A stretch of DNA of 62,274 nucleotides, filler included, from Platydemus manokwari (GCA_037951405.1; 6 parts of 6 records of this genome joined end to end with filler, not necessarily neighbours in it); one strand, 5' to 3'. Shown: positions 39,803 to 53,320, numbered from the whole stretch's first letter. The notes: generated by a model from the sequence alone, not told the origin. Numbers and translations: made by a program.

Positions 39803-42310
39803 GGTAAAAGTCCACCACTGCAAAACCATCTTGATAAACTCTTAAAAATTATCTTTGTTCCGGTTTTATAAAAATGAATATATAAATAATGAGAATGTCA
39901 AGTTAATGATAACCCGCGTGCTTTTCAAAATAATCAAACTGTTTTGCTAAATGTCAAATAATATAGTATATTTTATAATGTACTATGCCTTATGGTGATT
40001 AACTCAACTTAAGCCCATCTCCTTTTCTGAAATAAGGTTGTGATTTAGAGTAATTCGAAATATTTAATGACATAAACAAAATGATATTATTTAGGTGAAA
40101 AATAAATAAAATAATTCAACTACCCAACTTGGTATTAGAACACTCCTGTGAAAAATTGATGGGAGAGAACTTTTTAAGCGAGATGACTTATCAATTCAAT
40201 AGATCAACACAGTTATGGAAATAGCTGAGGTTTCTATTACAATGATGGAAATAAATGAGGTAATATAGTCATAACAAATCAATACTTTTTTATCGATGAC
40301 TTAAGTATTTAAATGGCTATACTTAGGAACAGATAATCGATGTGCTATTCAATTTTCTAGGACTGGTATAAGCCTAAGTTAGTCAATTATTTTGTGACTC
40401 GATATTTAATTTTCCACTGTAACGTACATTATTCATGTTCAATCTTTCCTTACTATTTTAATTCTTGAATTCCAATTTATTTAAAAGTTCTAACTAATAT
40501 TTCAGTTAAAGTTGATAAATATTATGTATTTTCTAGACAATATTTATTTATCATGTGTTATCGAAAGAAAAATAAAAAATTTAACGATTTTTAAGTGCAA
40601 ATCTTCAAACTCCTACAAGCAAATTTTAAAATAAACATACAAGCAATTCATCTAACCGGATATACCTTTTTGATAGGTTTTACATAATTTACAAATAGAA
40701 ACACCTCATAGCCCGCAAGATTATTGCGTTGTATTCCTAAATAAGTACAGTACTTCTATAATCTTATACGTTAAGTACTGCCTCTCGTATTTACAAATGT
40801 TATTCTCAGTTACCAATAATTACACTATACAATAAATTCTACAATAATTATCACTGGCTCAGACACTGATAAAAGTCTTGATCTTCCCCATGTTTATAAT
40901 TAAGTGTATAGTTTGTGACATGTGTTCTCAATTTTCACTTTATGTTAAGGTTTTTGGCATTGTTACTGAAGTTCCTATCGTTCACGAACAAGGATCAATC
41001 AATCCTTCTGCTTATATCATCAAATGGCCTTGTGTTTTATCGATTTGAAATTCCCATTTGATCACAATTCTAATTATTCCCCATGAGTGCCTGTACTGTT
41101 ATGTAAGCATGCATATGCCTAATACATATTAACATTTTCGTTTGTTAATATGATATGAAGCAAATATTTACAAAAATATTTTGTATACTTCAATTCAATC
41201 GATATTAAAAAATTCTGGTTTGATTTAAAAATACGCAAAAAAGTTAATCCACTTTTCTTCGATTCTTTGACACAATCCATATTAATGTTATCCATAATGT
41301 TAATCGATAAAATTCTTCGAGTTCACTCATTTACAAATCTATTACTAAAAATCTAAAAACGAAATAAAAAAACCCAAAAAAGAATGAACATTAAATTCAA
41401 CTTATTCCCATATTAGTGCCTGGCAATTCATTATTCCAATATCAATCCTAAATTCATCCGTTTATCATTAAATAAAATGAAATAATTCTGGTATTTGATA
41501 ATGATTTGATTTTTAATTGGAAATATACGGTTGGCAACATATAATGACAATAGATTATGTGGTGATTTACAGAGTTTAATGAATGATGTTGCAGTATGTT
41601 AAGAAAATCATATGCATTATGTTTTTAATTTTGTATAAGTTAGATAAAAAATGGAATTTGTTTTAATATTAAAAAAACAAACGCGTGTGATTTTTAAAAT
41701 AAAATAAAAGATTGATGGAAACAACTTATGTTTTTGCTGTATAATCTAAAAAAGTGAGAGTTTTCTTACATCTTATTTTAAAATGCTATATCAAAACAGT
41801 TCTAAGCATTCTTGTTTACACAAGTAGCCCAAAATAACAATATAAAATAATATAAATTATTATTCAAAAACCCGGGACTCATCTAAAAAGAAAACAAAAA
41901 TGTAATTTATTAATTCTAAAAATAGATATAGTAATTTAATAATTACAAAAATAAAATTATAAAAGCGTAGGAGTCCAGAAATAGTATAAAAATGCAATAA
42001 TAATCTAAAAGATAATATGTCAGAAAAGGTAAAAATAACAGTATAAAAGTAAGGCATGAATCATAACTACACCCAAAATTTTATTTATCAAAAAGCCCAT
42101 AAATTATTGATGAACTCTCTACTATCGACAACGTTGACAAATTTAAACTCTATTGAATTTGAAAGCAAACAAACTACGAGAAATTCAAGTGTTATCTGAA
42201 TCAAAGAATATATTTAAAGCCTTTCTTGAATAAACAAATAAAGGTGACACCAGTAATTTTATTATTTTATAAATTTTTATAATTAATTATTCCTATGTTA
42301 ATGATAAATA

Positions 42311-43018
42311 AAACAAGCACAAGAAGCGCTCAATTTCAATATTCGAAAATTCGATGGAAGAAATTCAAATGAAGCCGCAAAGTGGTTATGAGATACAGAG
42401 GAGTGGTTATTAATTAATAATCTCAGCCTGGTCAGTGCCTTTCAGACAAGGCAGGCATTCTGTGGAAAATTTTCAAATCTGAAGACACCACGGAAGATTC
42501 CGCTAAATCATGGTTTGAAGATCCGTTCACAATCAAATAACCTATTATGAATATGACTGTTGAACTTGCAAATGTCCAACAATCTGAGAGCGAACGGTTT
42601 GCCACCTTCGAGATAAGAGTTCACAGATTGGTTGAGGCGTTGATGAATTCCGAATTGAAACAAGATTCTATAGTGAAAGATATCATCAGCAAGTGAACAC
42701 GATCGAATGAGTTAAAAGACACTCTTGCACTAATGCCAGACATGGATATCATAAAAATTAAGAATGCTGCAAAGGTCTTCGAGAAACGAAAATAAAGTTT
42801 ACAATGAGATTCTCAGACAGTCAATACAATTTGCAGCTATGCTCAAGCGATTAAAAATTGGAAGAAGCAACCGATGGAATAATCAGTTCAAAAAAGAAAG
42901 CAACGAGTCAAGTAATTGTAAACTCCCACAAACTATCAGAACACGGAACTCCGAGCCAATAGCTTCACAACAGAAATTCGCTTCAGGTAGAGAGAAACCA
43001 GTGAAAAATAGATTATAA
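42311..43018 (+). mobile_element. Decayed LTR-retrotransposon (Ty3/gypsy-like) gag
   Basis: NIRKFDGRNSNEAAKWL*DTEEWL...AGILWK...ELANVQQSESERFATFEIRVHRLV, containing a capsid FdG...WL motif and a QxxxE.F..F..R major-homology-like motif. It has in-frame stops and a frameshift. Confidence 0.65.
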
Positions 43019-43463
43019 GCAGTAGGAAAATTAGAAGGATCGCGCGCAAAATAATTCTGACAGAATCTTATTGACAAAATTCTGAGACAAACATTTAATG
43101 AATTATTGAACATCGATAAATCAAAAATGAATATTTATATATTTAAGGATAAAGCATTTATATTGTATAAAATTGTATATAAACACAAAGAATGTTCGAT
43201 ATCACAGCCTTACCTTGTTGGCCATTGTTTTTAACTTGTATGTTTGAATAAACTGTGATTTCGAACAATTGGGAAATTAAGTTTGATTGCTTTTTTATAA
43301 AACATGAAAATTATATCGATTATTGTAGTATATTAAACTATTTCGTACACTGTGGTAAACTTGAATAAAAATATTGATATAATATTTCTTATTATTTTGA
43401 TTATAATTTAGGGACCTAGCGGATTGACTATGTTTACTCACCTGGTAGTACAGAACTCGCACT

Positions 43464-43563
43464 NNNNNNNNNNNNNNNNNNNNNNNNNNNNNNNNNNNNN
43501 NNNNNNNTTAATTAATTAANNNNNNNNNNNNNNNNNNNNNNNNNNNNNNNNNNNNNNNNNNNN
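43464..43563. other. Artificial contig spacer
   Basis: N44-TTAATTAATTAA-N44. Confidence 0.97.
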
Positions 43564-43635
<72 letters not shown>

Positions 43636-43640
43636 TATTT
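43564..43640. repeat. (TTA)n microsatellite at a contig start
   Basis: Direct trinucleotide repeat. Confidence 0.95.
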
Positions 43641-43685
43641 ATTTAAATTTTATTAATTCAATTTTATAATATTTTCATTTCCTAG

Positions 43686-46600
43686 ATCTTTCTACAAGTC
43701 ATTTCTCTAAATCCTATTCAACTAGTGCACTTATCAGAAAGAAAAGATCTATCGACAGTAAATCGAAAATAGAAACATCCTCAAGCTGTCTCAATATGAA
43801 CATAAATAGCTATGACGATGGTGATAAATTTGATGAGAAGAATGATTATTCTTTACAAGCAGACTTGAATAACGAAAATGTAGGCTCTGATAGCGATAAC
43901 ATCACACTATTTACCATCAAACCAATGAATAACACTGGAATAATGGAAGAAAGTGTATCGAACGAGTTTTCAGATCAAATTGAAGACAATACAGCCTGCA
44001 CCATTGAAATGCAATCTCAAACAAATGATAATCAGACTTCTATCCAATATAAAAGAAAAGAAATTTCAAGCGAAAGCAGTATCGACAGAGAACAACAACA
44101 AATAGATGAAATTGATAACGAGGAATTAAAGAATGATAGATACATAGATGATAGTGATTTCAATAATGATGAGGTTATTACAAGCAATAATGGGAAAGAT
44201 ATAAAAGAAAATACCATCCATGATAAAGATAAAGACAATATAATATCAGATCCGAAAGTAGAGAAAAAGTATTTATGTACAGGAAGTACAAGTAACGACA
44301 TTGTTGAAACCAAATATATGGATAAACAGTTAGATGAGGATTTACAGATGGTGAAACCCGATGACAATGAAATGATGGACCTTACGGAGAGCTATAATGC
44401 AGAACTCATGAGTTCAAATGTAGTATTCGAGTTAGAAACACCAGAGAAAGCTAGTATCAAAACAATGGAAAAGGAAGATATCTATGATATCTCAGATGTT
44501 GAAATACAAGGCAACACAAATGAACATAGTGACGATCTCATCGGGAAAAGAGATTTACGCCGACAAAGCGTATTTGGAAATATTGAGAATAAAGAAAATA
44601 TTGAATCTGAAGTATCTTTTATTGGAATGAAATTTCAAAGTGATGAAAAGCTAAATTTAGTAAATGAGGGTCAAGATAATATGAAACTAGAGTCATGTAA
44701 TGATGGAATTATATCAATAAACAGCCAACATGAATTGGGTAATCCCAATGTCTCACTGGTTAGTACATCTAATCTCTCTGATCCTGAAATCGATGCTAAA
44801 GATAATACAATTTTAACGGTGAATGATTCAGAGGAAAAGTTATTTGATTTATTCCAAAACAAAAACGGATTACTAATAGCTATGGGTATCAAAAGAAGCT
44901 CTGAAAGGATAAAGACAAAAAAAATTCAAATAGCTTCGTCAATTGTAAATTCTATCATTGATGATATCATCAATTCCATAAGTCAAAATCGTTGGGATTT
45001 TCTAAATAATACAGAAGAGAAAGACGAAAAAATTAACCCGAAATATTCAGATAAAAAATACGAAGTTGTTGATAAAGAAAAAGAGCTTAACACAGAAAAT
45101 AATGACAGAGAAAAGAGATTAGTTAAACAAATCTCATCAAATGAAAAGGACTTTGAAATCAAATTCAAATCAAATTATTTGAGCGAAGAATTGTTAGAAA
45201 ATTCCGAAAATGAATCAAATCATATCGTATCAAAAAGAACAGGATTTCCTAATAATACTACAATCAAAGGACGGAAAATGTCAATTAGTGAGAGACCAAA
45301 GAGAAAAGATTCAAAAATTTCGATTCCAAAGAAGACAAAAAGTTTCACTTCAGAAAGTTCATCAATGTGTCTGACCAAACCAATTGTAGTAGACACGGAA
45401 AAGTCAAAGAAACCTGAGAGAAAAAGAGAAAGAAGTAAATCAGTAATTGTAAGCAGAAAACAATCAATAAAAAGAGGATCAATAGACACGATGAAAAGAG
45501 ATATACGAACAACTTTGGTAAGAAAAACATCGGATATGATGTGTGATAAATCGATGAGGAGATTATCAACCGATACTATTTCGTCGACTAAAGACAGTAC
45601 TTGTGATAATATTTTATCAAAGAGATTCGAAGAAAAAATTAGTGATACTACTCAAACCATAGAATCAGACAAAGAGAATATGAAGGAAAAAGATTTCGCA
45701 CAAGAAAGCTTAATAGAAAATACAGAGGGAAGTCCAAACAAAACAGAGTTGCTTAATGAAACACTAAATGAAGAAGTGAATAAAAATCAACTTGAAAATG
45801 TTAGATTGAAAGAACCCATTGAAATGGTAATACCGACCGAAAATAATTGTGATAGACTAGATGATGTTGATGTTGGGATTAAATCTGATGAAGAAATTCA
45901 ATTCAATAATGAAAGTCAGATATTAAATACAGAAAAGCCAATACATAAATCAAATGATCAGAAATCGTTAAGTCCCTTTAGAAAACATACAAGTCTCAAC
46001 CAGATTCCATTATCATTGGATTCAAGTTCGAATAATAACAAACCCTTAAATTTAAATAATAAACTCAGAGCCGTTCGAAGATTTCAATCATTAAAAGAAC
46101 TGACTGTTGATAGGTCAAGCCTTAAGATCAATTCAAATCAAATCAGCAGTGAAACAGTTGAAGATAGAAAAGAAACTCATCAGACTCCAACGAAAATTGA
46201 TGATGAATCCTTTCGGACTGAAGTTGACGAAAAACCAAAAACATCGGATGCTCTTGTTTCTGATAAACGAGATATTAATCAGGGGTTTACGAAAGCCAGT
46301 GATCAACATGATGATTGGAGAATAATTTCAGATGAGAAAAAAGAATTTCAGGAACCGAATTGGACTAACAATAATAATATAGATAAACAGGATAATGACT
46401 CGCGTATTTTAATAGACGGAAATGAAAGTAATCAAAGAATTGATGATGATAAAAGTGAGATCGATTTGAAAGAGTGGAATGAATATTATTGCGATGACAT
46501 AGAGGTTGATGAGTCGAATAGTAAAGTAACTTTAACTTATGAAGAAAATCAGGATGAAATAACTAAAGATATCACAGAACAGGACGATAAATCTAAATCG

Positions 46601-47320
46601 TCTTTATTTAACACAAATACCTTTGAAATGGAAACAGAAACTTACGAAATTCAGGAGGAACTGGAATTTTCGAATACTGAGGAAATTCTACCTCCGACAC
46701 TTGATATTTGGAATGGCGATTCGAATTTGTTGGTTGGAGATGAAGATATGGATAGACAATCGAGTGAAAAAGAAAACGATGAACAAGAGAAGCTATCAGA
46801 AATATCAGAGAAAACAATAGAAAACGAGGACATCATTGAACTCCGAAAGAAAATTCGCACAACAAACTACAAACCTGAGCCTGTCGAAAAATATTTGACA
46901 TATTATATCGAACAGTTGAGCAATAAGGAAAATTCGAAGACGAAACCAAATGCAATAAAGAGAAGCCAAAATTATTCAATCAAAAGAAACTTCGAAAAAA
47001 AACCTGTTAAAGAAATAAACATCAAGCAAAAGAAATTACCAGAAACTATTGATGTGAATAAAATAAATGCTCACAACCGGAATGGTGATAGAGACAAACA
47101 TGATGTTAAAACCGATAAGAAAAAAGTCAGAACAGAACCGAATGGTAAACATGTCATTTGTTCATAGAAGAATTAATTATTGTATTTAGATAAAGGAATT
47201 TTACCGGTAAATGTAAGCAACACCGAATTCCAAAGGATCAAAACTAACATCGAAGCGTTGAAAGTACAAATCGATAAAACAAAACACGAACCGTTAGTTT
47301 CTCATTTCGGATTTGTATGA
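43686..47320 (+). CDS. Large acidic, probably disordered orphan protein (>1190 aa, 5'-partial). Exons 43686-47144 and 47190-47320
   Basis: A 3.4-kb stop-free frame opens at the acceptor tttcctag|43686, in frame with the listed ATG. Donor G|GTAAAC at 47145, a 45-nt intron, then an in-frame exon DKGILPVNVSNTEFQRIKTNIEALKVQIDK...FGFV*. Rich in D/E/N/S/K with no recognisable globular domain. Confidence 0.8.
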
Positions 47321-47805
47321 ACTCAAAATCGTCATTTTCTCACAAAAAATGATAATCCATTGAAATCTTTTAAAAACTGTTTCACAACCATAAAATTTCA
47401 AAATCTAATTATATTCGATTTAAAATTTTATTGTAAACCATGCATTGGATTTCCCTATCTTTATGAATCCCAATAAAAGCTTGTGATCGTAATCATGGAG
47501 TAAAACAAAGTTGTGATGCAGGGGTGATTTACAGTTATAAAAATTCGTAGTCGGAGTTTGAGTAGATTTGTTATATACTGATTGGCGATGGGGAGTTGGA
47601 GTCCCACAATTTTAGATCGATGAAGTTAAAATTGAATTCGATTGGATTTTTCTCTCTAACTCACACTTTTGCTGCAAGTTTTATTCTTCCTATGTTATTT
47701 AATAAAATTCATATTATTAATATCTTCGAAATTTTGGAGACAAGTTAAAAGCATTGTTTCCATCAACTGCTGGGCGCAAAATTTAAAATTATTCTAAGAA
47801 TCTTT

Positions 47806-48413
47806 GGCTTAAGTTAAGAAAAAGGGTCCTTTGACCTACTATAATAAATTTTCGCGCATGAGATAATTTTATAACTTAATTTTATACGTCACTGCTATGT
47901 TTGATTTATTCGTATAATTCAGTTAATATCTCATTTTTTAAGATGCCTAATTATGACAAAACATAGTTTTGAAGTCAAGTTCCTATTTTAATCACAACAC
48001 TTCTATATGATTAGTTGAGTTTTTTTTCAAATTTCTAAAATTATAGATCTAGTTAGTTAGCTACAGGCATGTTTAATAATATTATTGGTTATTTTTATAA
48101 AATAAATGTAAAGATTGAGAATATCTCTCAATTTGCTTATAATGTTAAAAATCGGTCCTCGCTAATTTTCAATAAATTGCAATTCGACCTTTCGATACTT
48201 TTTTCATTTTTTTACAAATAATCGAATTTAAGAAAGTTTTTAATCTCTGATGATTTTAATATTTTATTTTAAACAACTAAAATTCTTATTAAGTACTTAA
48301 ATAAAAAATTCAAAATGATTTTAAAGAATATAATCAAATAAACTATACAGAATTTTGCAATACACTCTACAAATTTAAAATTTCATTTTAGGATCCTTTT
48401 TTCAATTTTAGCC
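47806..48413 (-). mobile_element. Non-autonomous Merlin-family MITE, copy 2 (608 bp)
   Basis: TIRs GGCTTAAGTTAAGAAAAAGGGTCCT and AGGATCCTTTTTTCAATTTTAGCC. 8-bp TSD GAATCTTT (47798-47805) vs GAATATTT (48414-48421). Inverted homolog of 11900-12488. Confidence 0.85.
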
Positions 48414-50237
48414 GAATATTTGTAAACAATTTGATTGATAATTGGAAAATATTTCGTTTACTTTTTAACACCAGGAATTAAAGCCTTGTTAGAGTTGTTT
48501 TTATTGGAGTGAGATAAAATTTTTGTAAACTCATTAGAAATTGTAGTCATCATGAGAAATAAACTTTGAATTCTAAAATTTTTTTTCAGACATATGAAGA
48601 TAATTTCAAAAAATACAAGCATTTAAATCATAAAATGCCAATATATTATTATTACTATTTTTATCCAATAAAATGTTTGCTTAACGAAATTAATTTTAAA
48701 ATATTTGGATAAAAAAGTTCATCGACTGTAACTAATAGCTTTTGATTTAAAACCTTAAGATGAAATTGATAGAATTAATACTACAATTGTTGGTGCAGGA
48801 ATACTCAATCTAAGATATAAGCTAACTGCGAATGATGATAATTATCTGGAAAATGAATTTAATCATTATTGAAATTTAATTTTTTAGAAAGGAACATCAG
48901 CCATATATTTTCAATGACCTTCAACCTTATAGTGACACCCAGATGTATGAAAAATTCTGTAATCAGGTATAATTGATGTTTCTGACTATAAAACATATAA
49001 TCTTTATCACAATAATTGCTCAAGATCAAGTAATATTAATGATTATTATTGTTATTATTAATAGTAGTAGTAATATTATATTTATTGATTTAATTATAAT
49101 TTTTCAAATATAATGGGTTGTCGTAGCCTCTGCTGGTTTGAAAAGGATTTAACAAAATTTATCATTCAAAATTTCGCCATATTCTGAACAATGTACTTCC
49201 TGTTACCTTTCAACAATAGTTGTTTAGGTTGATATTTGAAAACTATTTTCTTACTTCGACAATTGGTCAACTTGACAATATGTATTAATAGAGTAAAGAT
49301 TATAAAAGATGACGAAATTCAAGTTTTGTATCATTAAGAATGTGATTGCATTGGATTGAGTGTAAGACAACGAAATTGAAGAAATAATATTAAGAATATT
49401 ATCACGAAAATTACGTAATTATATTTATTAGAAATATGTTTGAAAGATAATTTTTGTTTTTTCTTTTTTAGTCTGACTTATATAAATATTAGATATTTAA
49501 TTTGTTTAATTATTCTTAAAACGCGTGTGACTTTTGAAACAAATTTGGATGCAAACAAATGCTGTCTATACACAGAATTTCTAAACATTATTCAGCAATA
49601 ATTTTAAGAGTTCAGAGATAAATTTTAGAATTTTTAATGACTTCATAAACAAATCAAAAAATTTGACTAAAATTTTATCATTTTAAAAAGTTCGAAAAAC
49701 ATAATTTTAAAATATAATAATATTTTTAGATTTAAATATTATTGAAATAGAGTGGAAACAGCATAAATTTTAAATTCAAGTAATTTAATCATTTTATAAT
49801 CATGGTTGACATAAAAGGAAATATGGGAACTCCTCCTAGTTAGGAGCCAACTTAACATTCTATCCTCGAGTCAAGGACTGGTTCAAATTAATAAGTTAAA
49901 TCGAATAATGATGTTAATATGAATGAAGTGAAGCTAAATGTTACAAAATATTTCATTTATTTTTTATTTAATACTTTATATAACGTTCTAAATGAAGTCT
50001 GTAATATAATGAGCTGCATAGCAACGTAACATGAATATTGATCGCCTATTTATTTGAGCTGAGAGGTAATCAATCTTGACGTTAATATTATCTAAGAATG
50101 TTATATAAAATAATTTCAAGAAGATGCTCATTTATAATATAAATAATTTATCATAATTATAACGGTAGCGATATGTTCCTCTATCAATATATTAATAAAG
50201 ACAATAAAATAAGAGAATATAAAATAATTAAAAAAAA

Positions 50238-50800
50238 TTAGAAACGCAGTCCATCATCAGTATCAATTAGTCGAATAACCGCACTCAATCTCTGTGAACC
50301 TTGGGAGAGTCACCGAATGGATACGGTTATCTTACCACCGATACGAGCATCTTCATCATACATGGAAAAAAAGTCACCATCATTCTCGCGAAAGTGATAA
50401 TTATCGAGTTTACTAATGATTTGTTTAATAAATATTATTGGCAGATCCTCTCGACGAGGAAAATCAGCGACATATTCGAAATCATCACCAAGATCGGATT
50501 TTTTCCAATCCAATTCATTTCTCGATCGAGAAAAATCGAATTTACTCAGTATTAAAAAGTAAGCATAATAAATTGGTGATCTTAAGAAGATAGGAAATTT
50601 TCATCTCCGCAAATTTTACAGCTCACGGAATCGCGGTGCGACTTCAGCGGTATCACAAAGGAAAAGAGATAAAAACAATAAAAGAAATATATCAGATTTG
50701 TATAGAATTTCTCTTAATAAATCTGCTCCCTCAAACTCCTTCTCCACGAAATATAATCTCCGTAATCCTGTGTACGTATTGGTAATGATAAAACCTGAAT
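50238..50800 (-). pseudogene. Unidentified decayed coding-like segment
   Basis: One minus-strand frame reads ~185 codons with only three internal stops (...SKFDFSRSRNELDWKKSDLGDDFEYVADFPRREDLPIIFIKQIISKLDNYHFRENDGDFFSMYDEDARIGGKITVSIR*LSQGSQRLSAVIRLIDTDDGLRF*). GC and CpG are raised. Confidence 0.35.
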
Positions 50801-53125
50801 ATTGGATTATAAATAATTTGTTACTATATTAGAACACTTCCGGATCTAAAGAAGTTCTACATGACGTTTAGCACAATGGTGACAAATCGAACTAAAGGAA
50901 AATAATTATAATCTAATTTTATGAATAACAAAGCTCGTAGAATAAATATTTTTAATAGTTAATTATAACGAAGTATTTAAAAATAAAATATATGATAAAA
51001 ATGATTATGAAAACCTATTCATCCGAAATTGATGTAGCAGAACTATTTCTAAGTTATCAATATTTCACCAATATGAATAGTATGTTATAAAGGACTCAAT
51101 TGATTTGCTGGTCGAAATATTGGTGATTCTTAAATGTAGTAGACTGATAGAGTAGTTTCCTAGTCATTTCGACATCGAATAAAATCTCGAATTTATGGAC
51201 TTTCGATCACATTCAACACCATATACAATTTGAACCTAATGTCATTGAATTTTTAGTTTATTTCTCTTGCATTTTTATTTGGGTGAATTTTATAATGGCT
51301 GCATCAATTTTACATTATTTTTTTAAATGAATTTAATGCTATTTCCCAGAGCTATACATCAACTAATACATTAAATTTTAAACCATCTATCTATTTTCAA
51401 AAATATAAAGGGATTTTTAAGGTTTACAAATCAAAAAGATTGACACTTGTAACGATAATATTTTACTATTTGATGTAGAGCTTAAATATCCAACATAAAA
51501 AATTTATATATTTGAAGAGTCCACCAAATAAATATAATTAATAAAACAAGATAATAAAAATTAATTGATTAAAAACTAAAAAGAATTTAAGTTGAAATGT
51601 TTTAAAGATAAAAATAAAAAACTAAAACTAAAAGAGAATAATTATTATTATAAAAAACATTATTATTCCTAAAAATAAATATTAGAGCAAAATAATATGA
51701 AAAATAAATAATAAAAATTCATTATTTTGTTTATCTGAATCAATTAATTAAAATAGTAAACAATTTTCGTACTCGGAAATTGTCACAAAATCAGAACAGA
51801 TCAAGGCCAAATTACCTACTGATGAAATTGGTGAAAAATTACACTTTGGTCTGTCCAGAATGTGATGAATTAGCCGATTAATGGATAATGAAAACACCAA
51901 TTAGTGAAACCAGTGATAACCTAGAACACAAAAATAAATGGATATGCGTCCTGTACAGTGCTGCGGTATAAAACGAAGGCAATCCGATTAAGATTTGCCA
52001 TTTTTGAGATCAGATCAGATAGTCTGATTGCAGATCCAAACGAGAAATAAAAATACATTGAGGAAGATATATTCTAGTGACAATCAGTTGACTATTGCTA
52101 TTAATTAGAAAAGAGAAAATATCAATTGAGGAGAAAACTAGTAGATTTATTTACATAAAAGTAATTTTTCTAATCTTTCTTAGAACCAGAGTAGAATATT
52201 CGAGGAAAGTTTTCCCGAATATTGATAAATTAAATATTGTATTAGTGATATTCGAGAATAGTATTTCCAGATATCGCTATTGTATAAATTGAAATCCACT
52301 GTACATATGTGGCTGTAGTTTGAAAAGCTGATTGTAGTAAAGCTGGAGCAGTTTCTCGGCCTTTGTGCAAGGGCAAGATCTATTTTTGTTGAACTTATAT
52401 TTAAGAGTTTAACCCTTGTGTTTATTTTTGTACAAAGAGTGTCCTTTATAATTAAAATAAAACTTAGTGATTAACTTGTCTTTTGGAGTTGGATATAGTT
52501 AGAACACAAGCATTTGCTGTGCTCCACACCAGGTAGACCCTAAAATTAATATTAATTTTTGGCGATAAACCTCTCTTAAAAGCATTATATAAGTAAGACT
52601 TTTTATCTCTCATACTGGCTCTTGAGTTTTAATTTTATAAACTACCTTAAGCTTTGCTGGATTCAAAATAAATTTTATCCACGCTCTGATTAGCTTCATT
52701 CTCGCTAAATTCAAAATGAACTCTGTCGTTTAAGTTTATTCTCAAGATTTAGTTAAATTTTCTCACTCAATTGGCTTGCTATTTATGCTATTTTCATTTC
52801 CTCTTCTCAATTTTGTATATTTGTTCTTATAAGTCTTTAAATTTTTTGATTTTAAACCAAAATTAATTAAATTTTATCTCCAAATTTTTCCGTATTTCTG
52901 CTGCAAAGCATTTTAAATAAAATTCGGTTTATTTATTTTGTTTAACTGTTCATCGTTCGAACTAAAACGCTGACTAAATTTTAATTAACTTCCATTGTAA
53001 ATTTAATTTTTATGATTGTTTTCATTTAATGTTTTTAATGGCTTTTAGATTGTTAAAGATTGATGGGTGTTAATATAATAGAGATAAAATCAGATTACAA
53101 ATGCACAATTTGTAAAAAGATATTG

Positions 53126-53225
53126 NNNNNNNNNNNNNNNNNNNNNNNNNNNNNNNNNNNNNNNNNNNNTTAATTAATTAANNNNNNNNNNNNNNNNNNN
53201 NNNNNNNNNNNNNNNNNNNNNNNNN
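53126..53225. other. Artificial contig spacer
   Basis: N44-TTAATTAATTAA-N44. Confidence 0.97.
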
Positions 53226-53320
53226 TATATCTTCAACAAAAGGCATTCATTAATTTTTTTCAAATTTACACAGTTTTTGTTCTTAAATATGTATTTCATT
53301 ACAAAATATCTTTCAACCAT

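Noticed and set aside
42764-43113. ORFs of 84 and 76 aa as host genes
   Set aside because: They are pieces of the decayed gag region.
44032-46860. Several S/L/F-rich antisense and alternative-frame ORFs
   Set aside because: Expected mirror of the GAA/GAT/AAA-rich sense exon.
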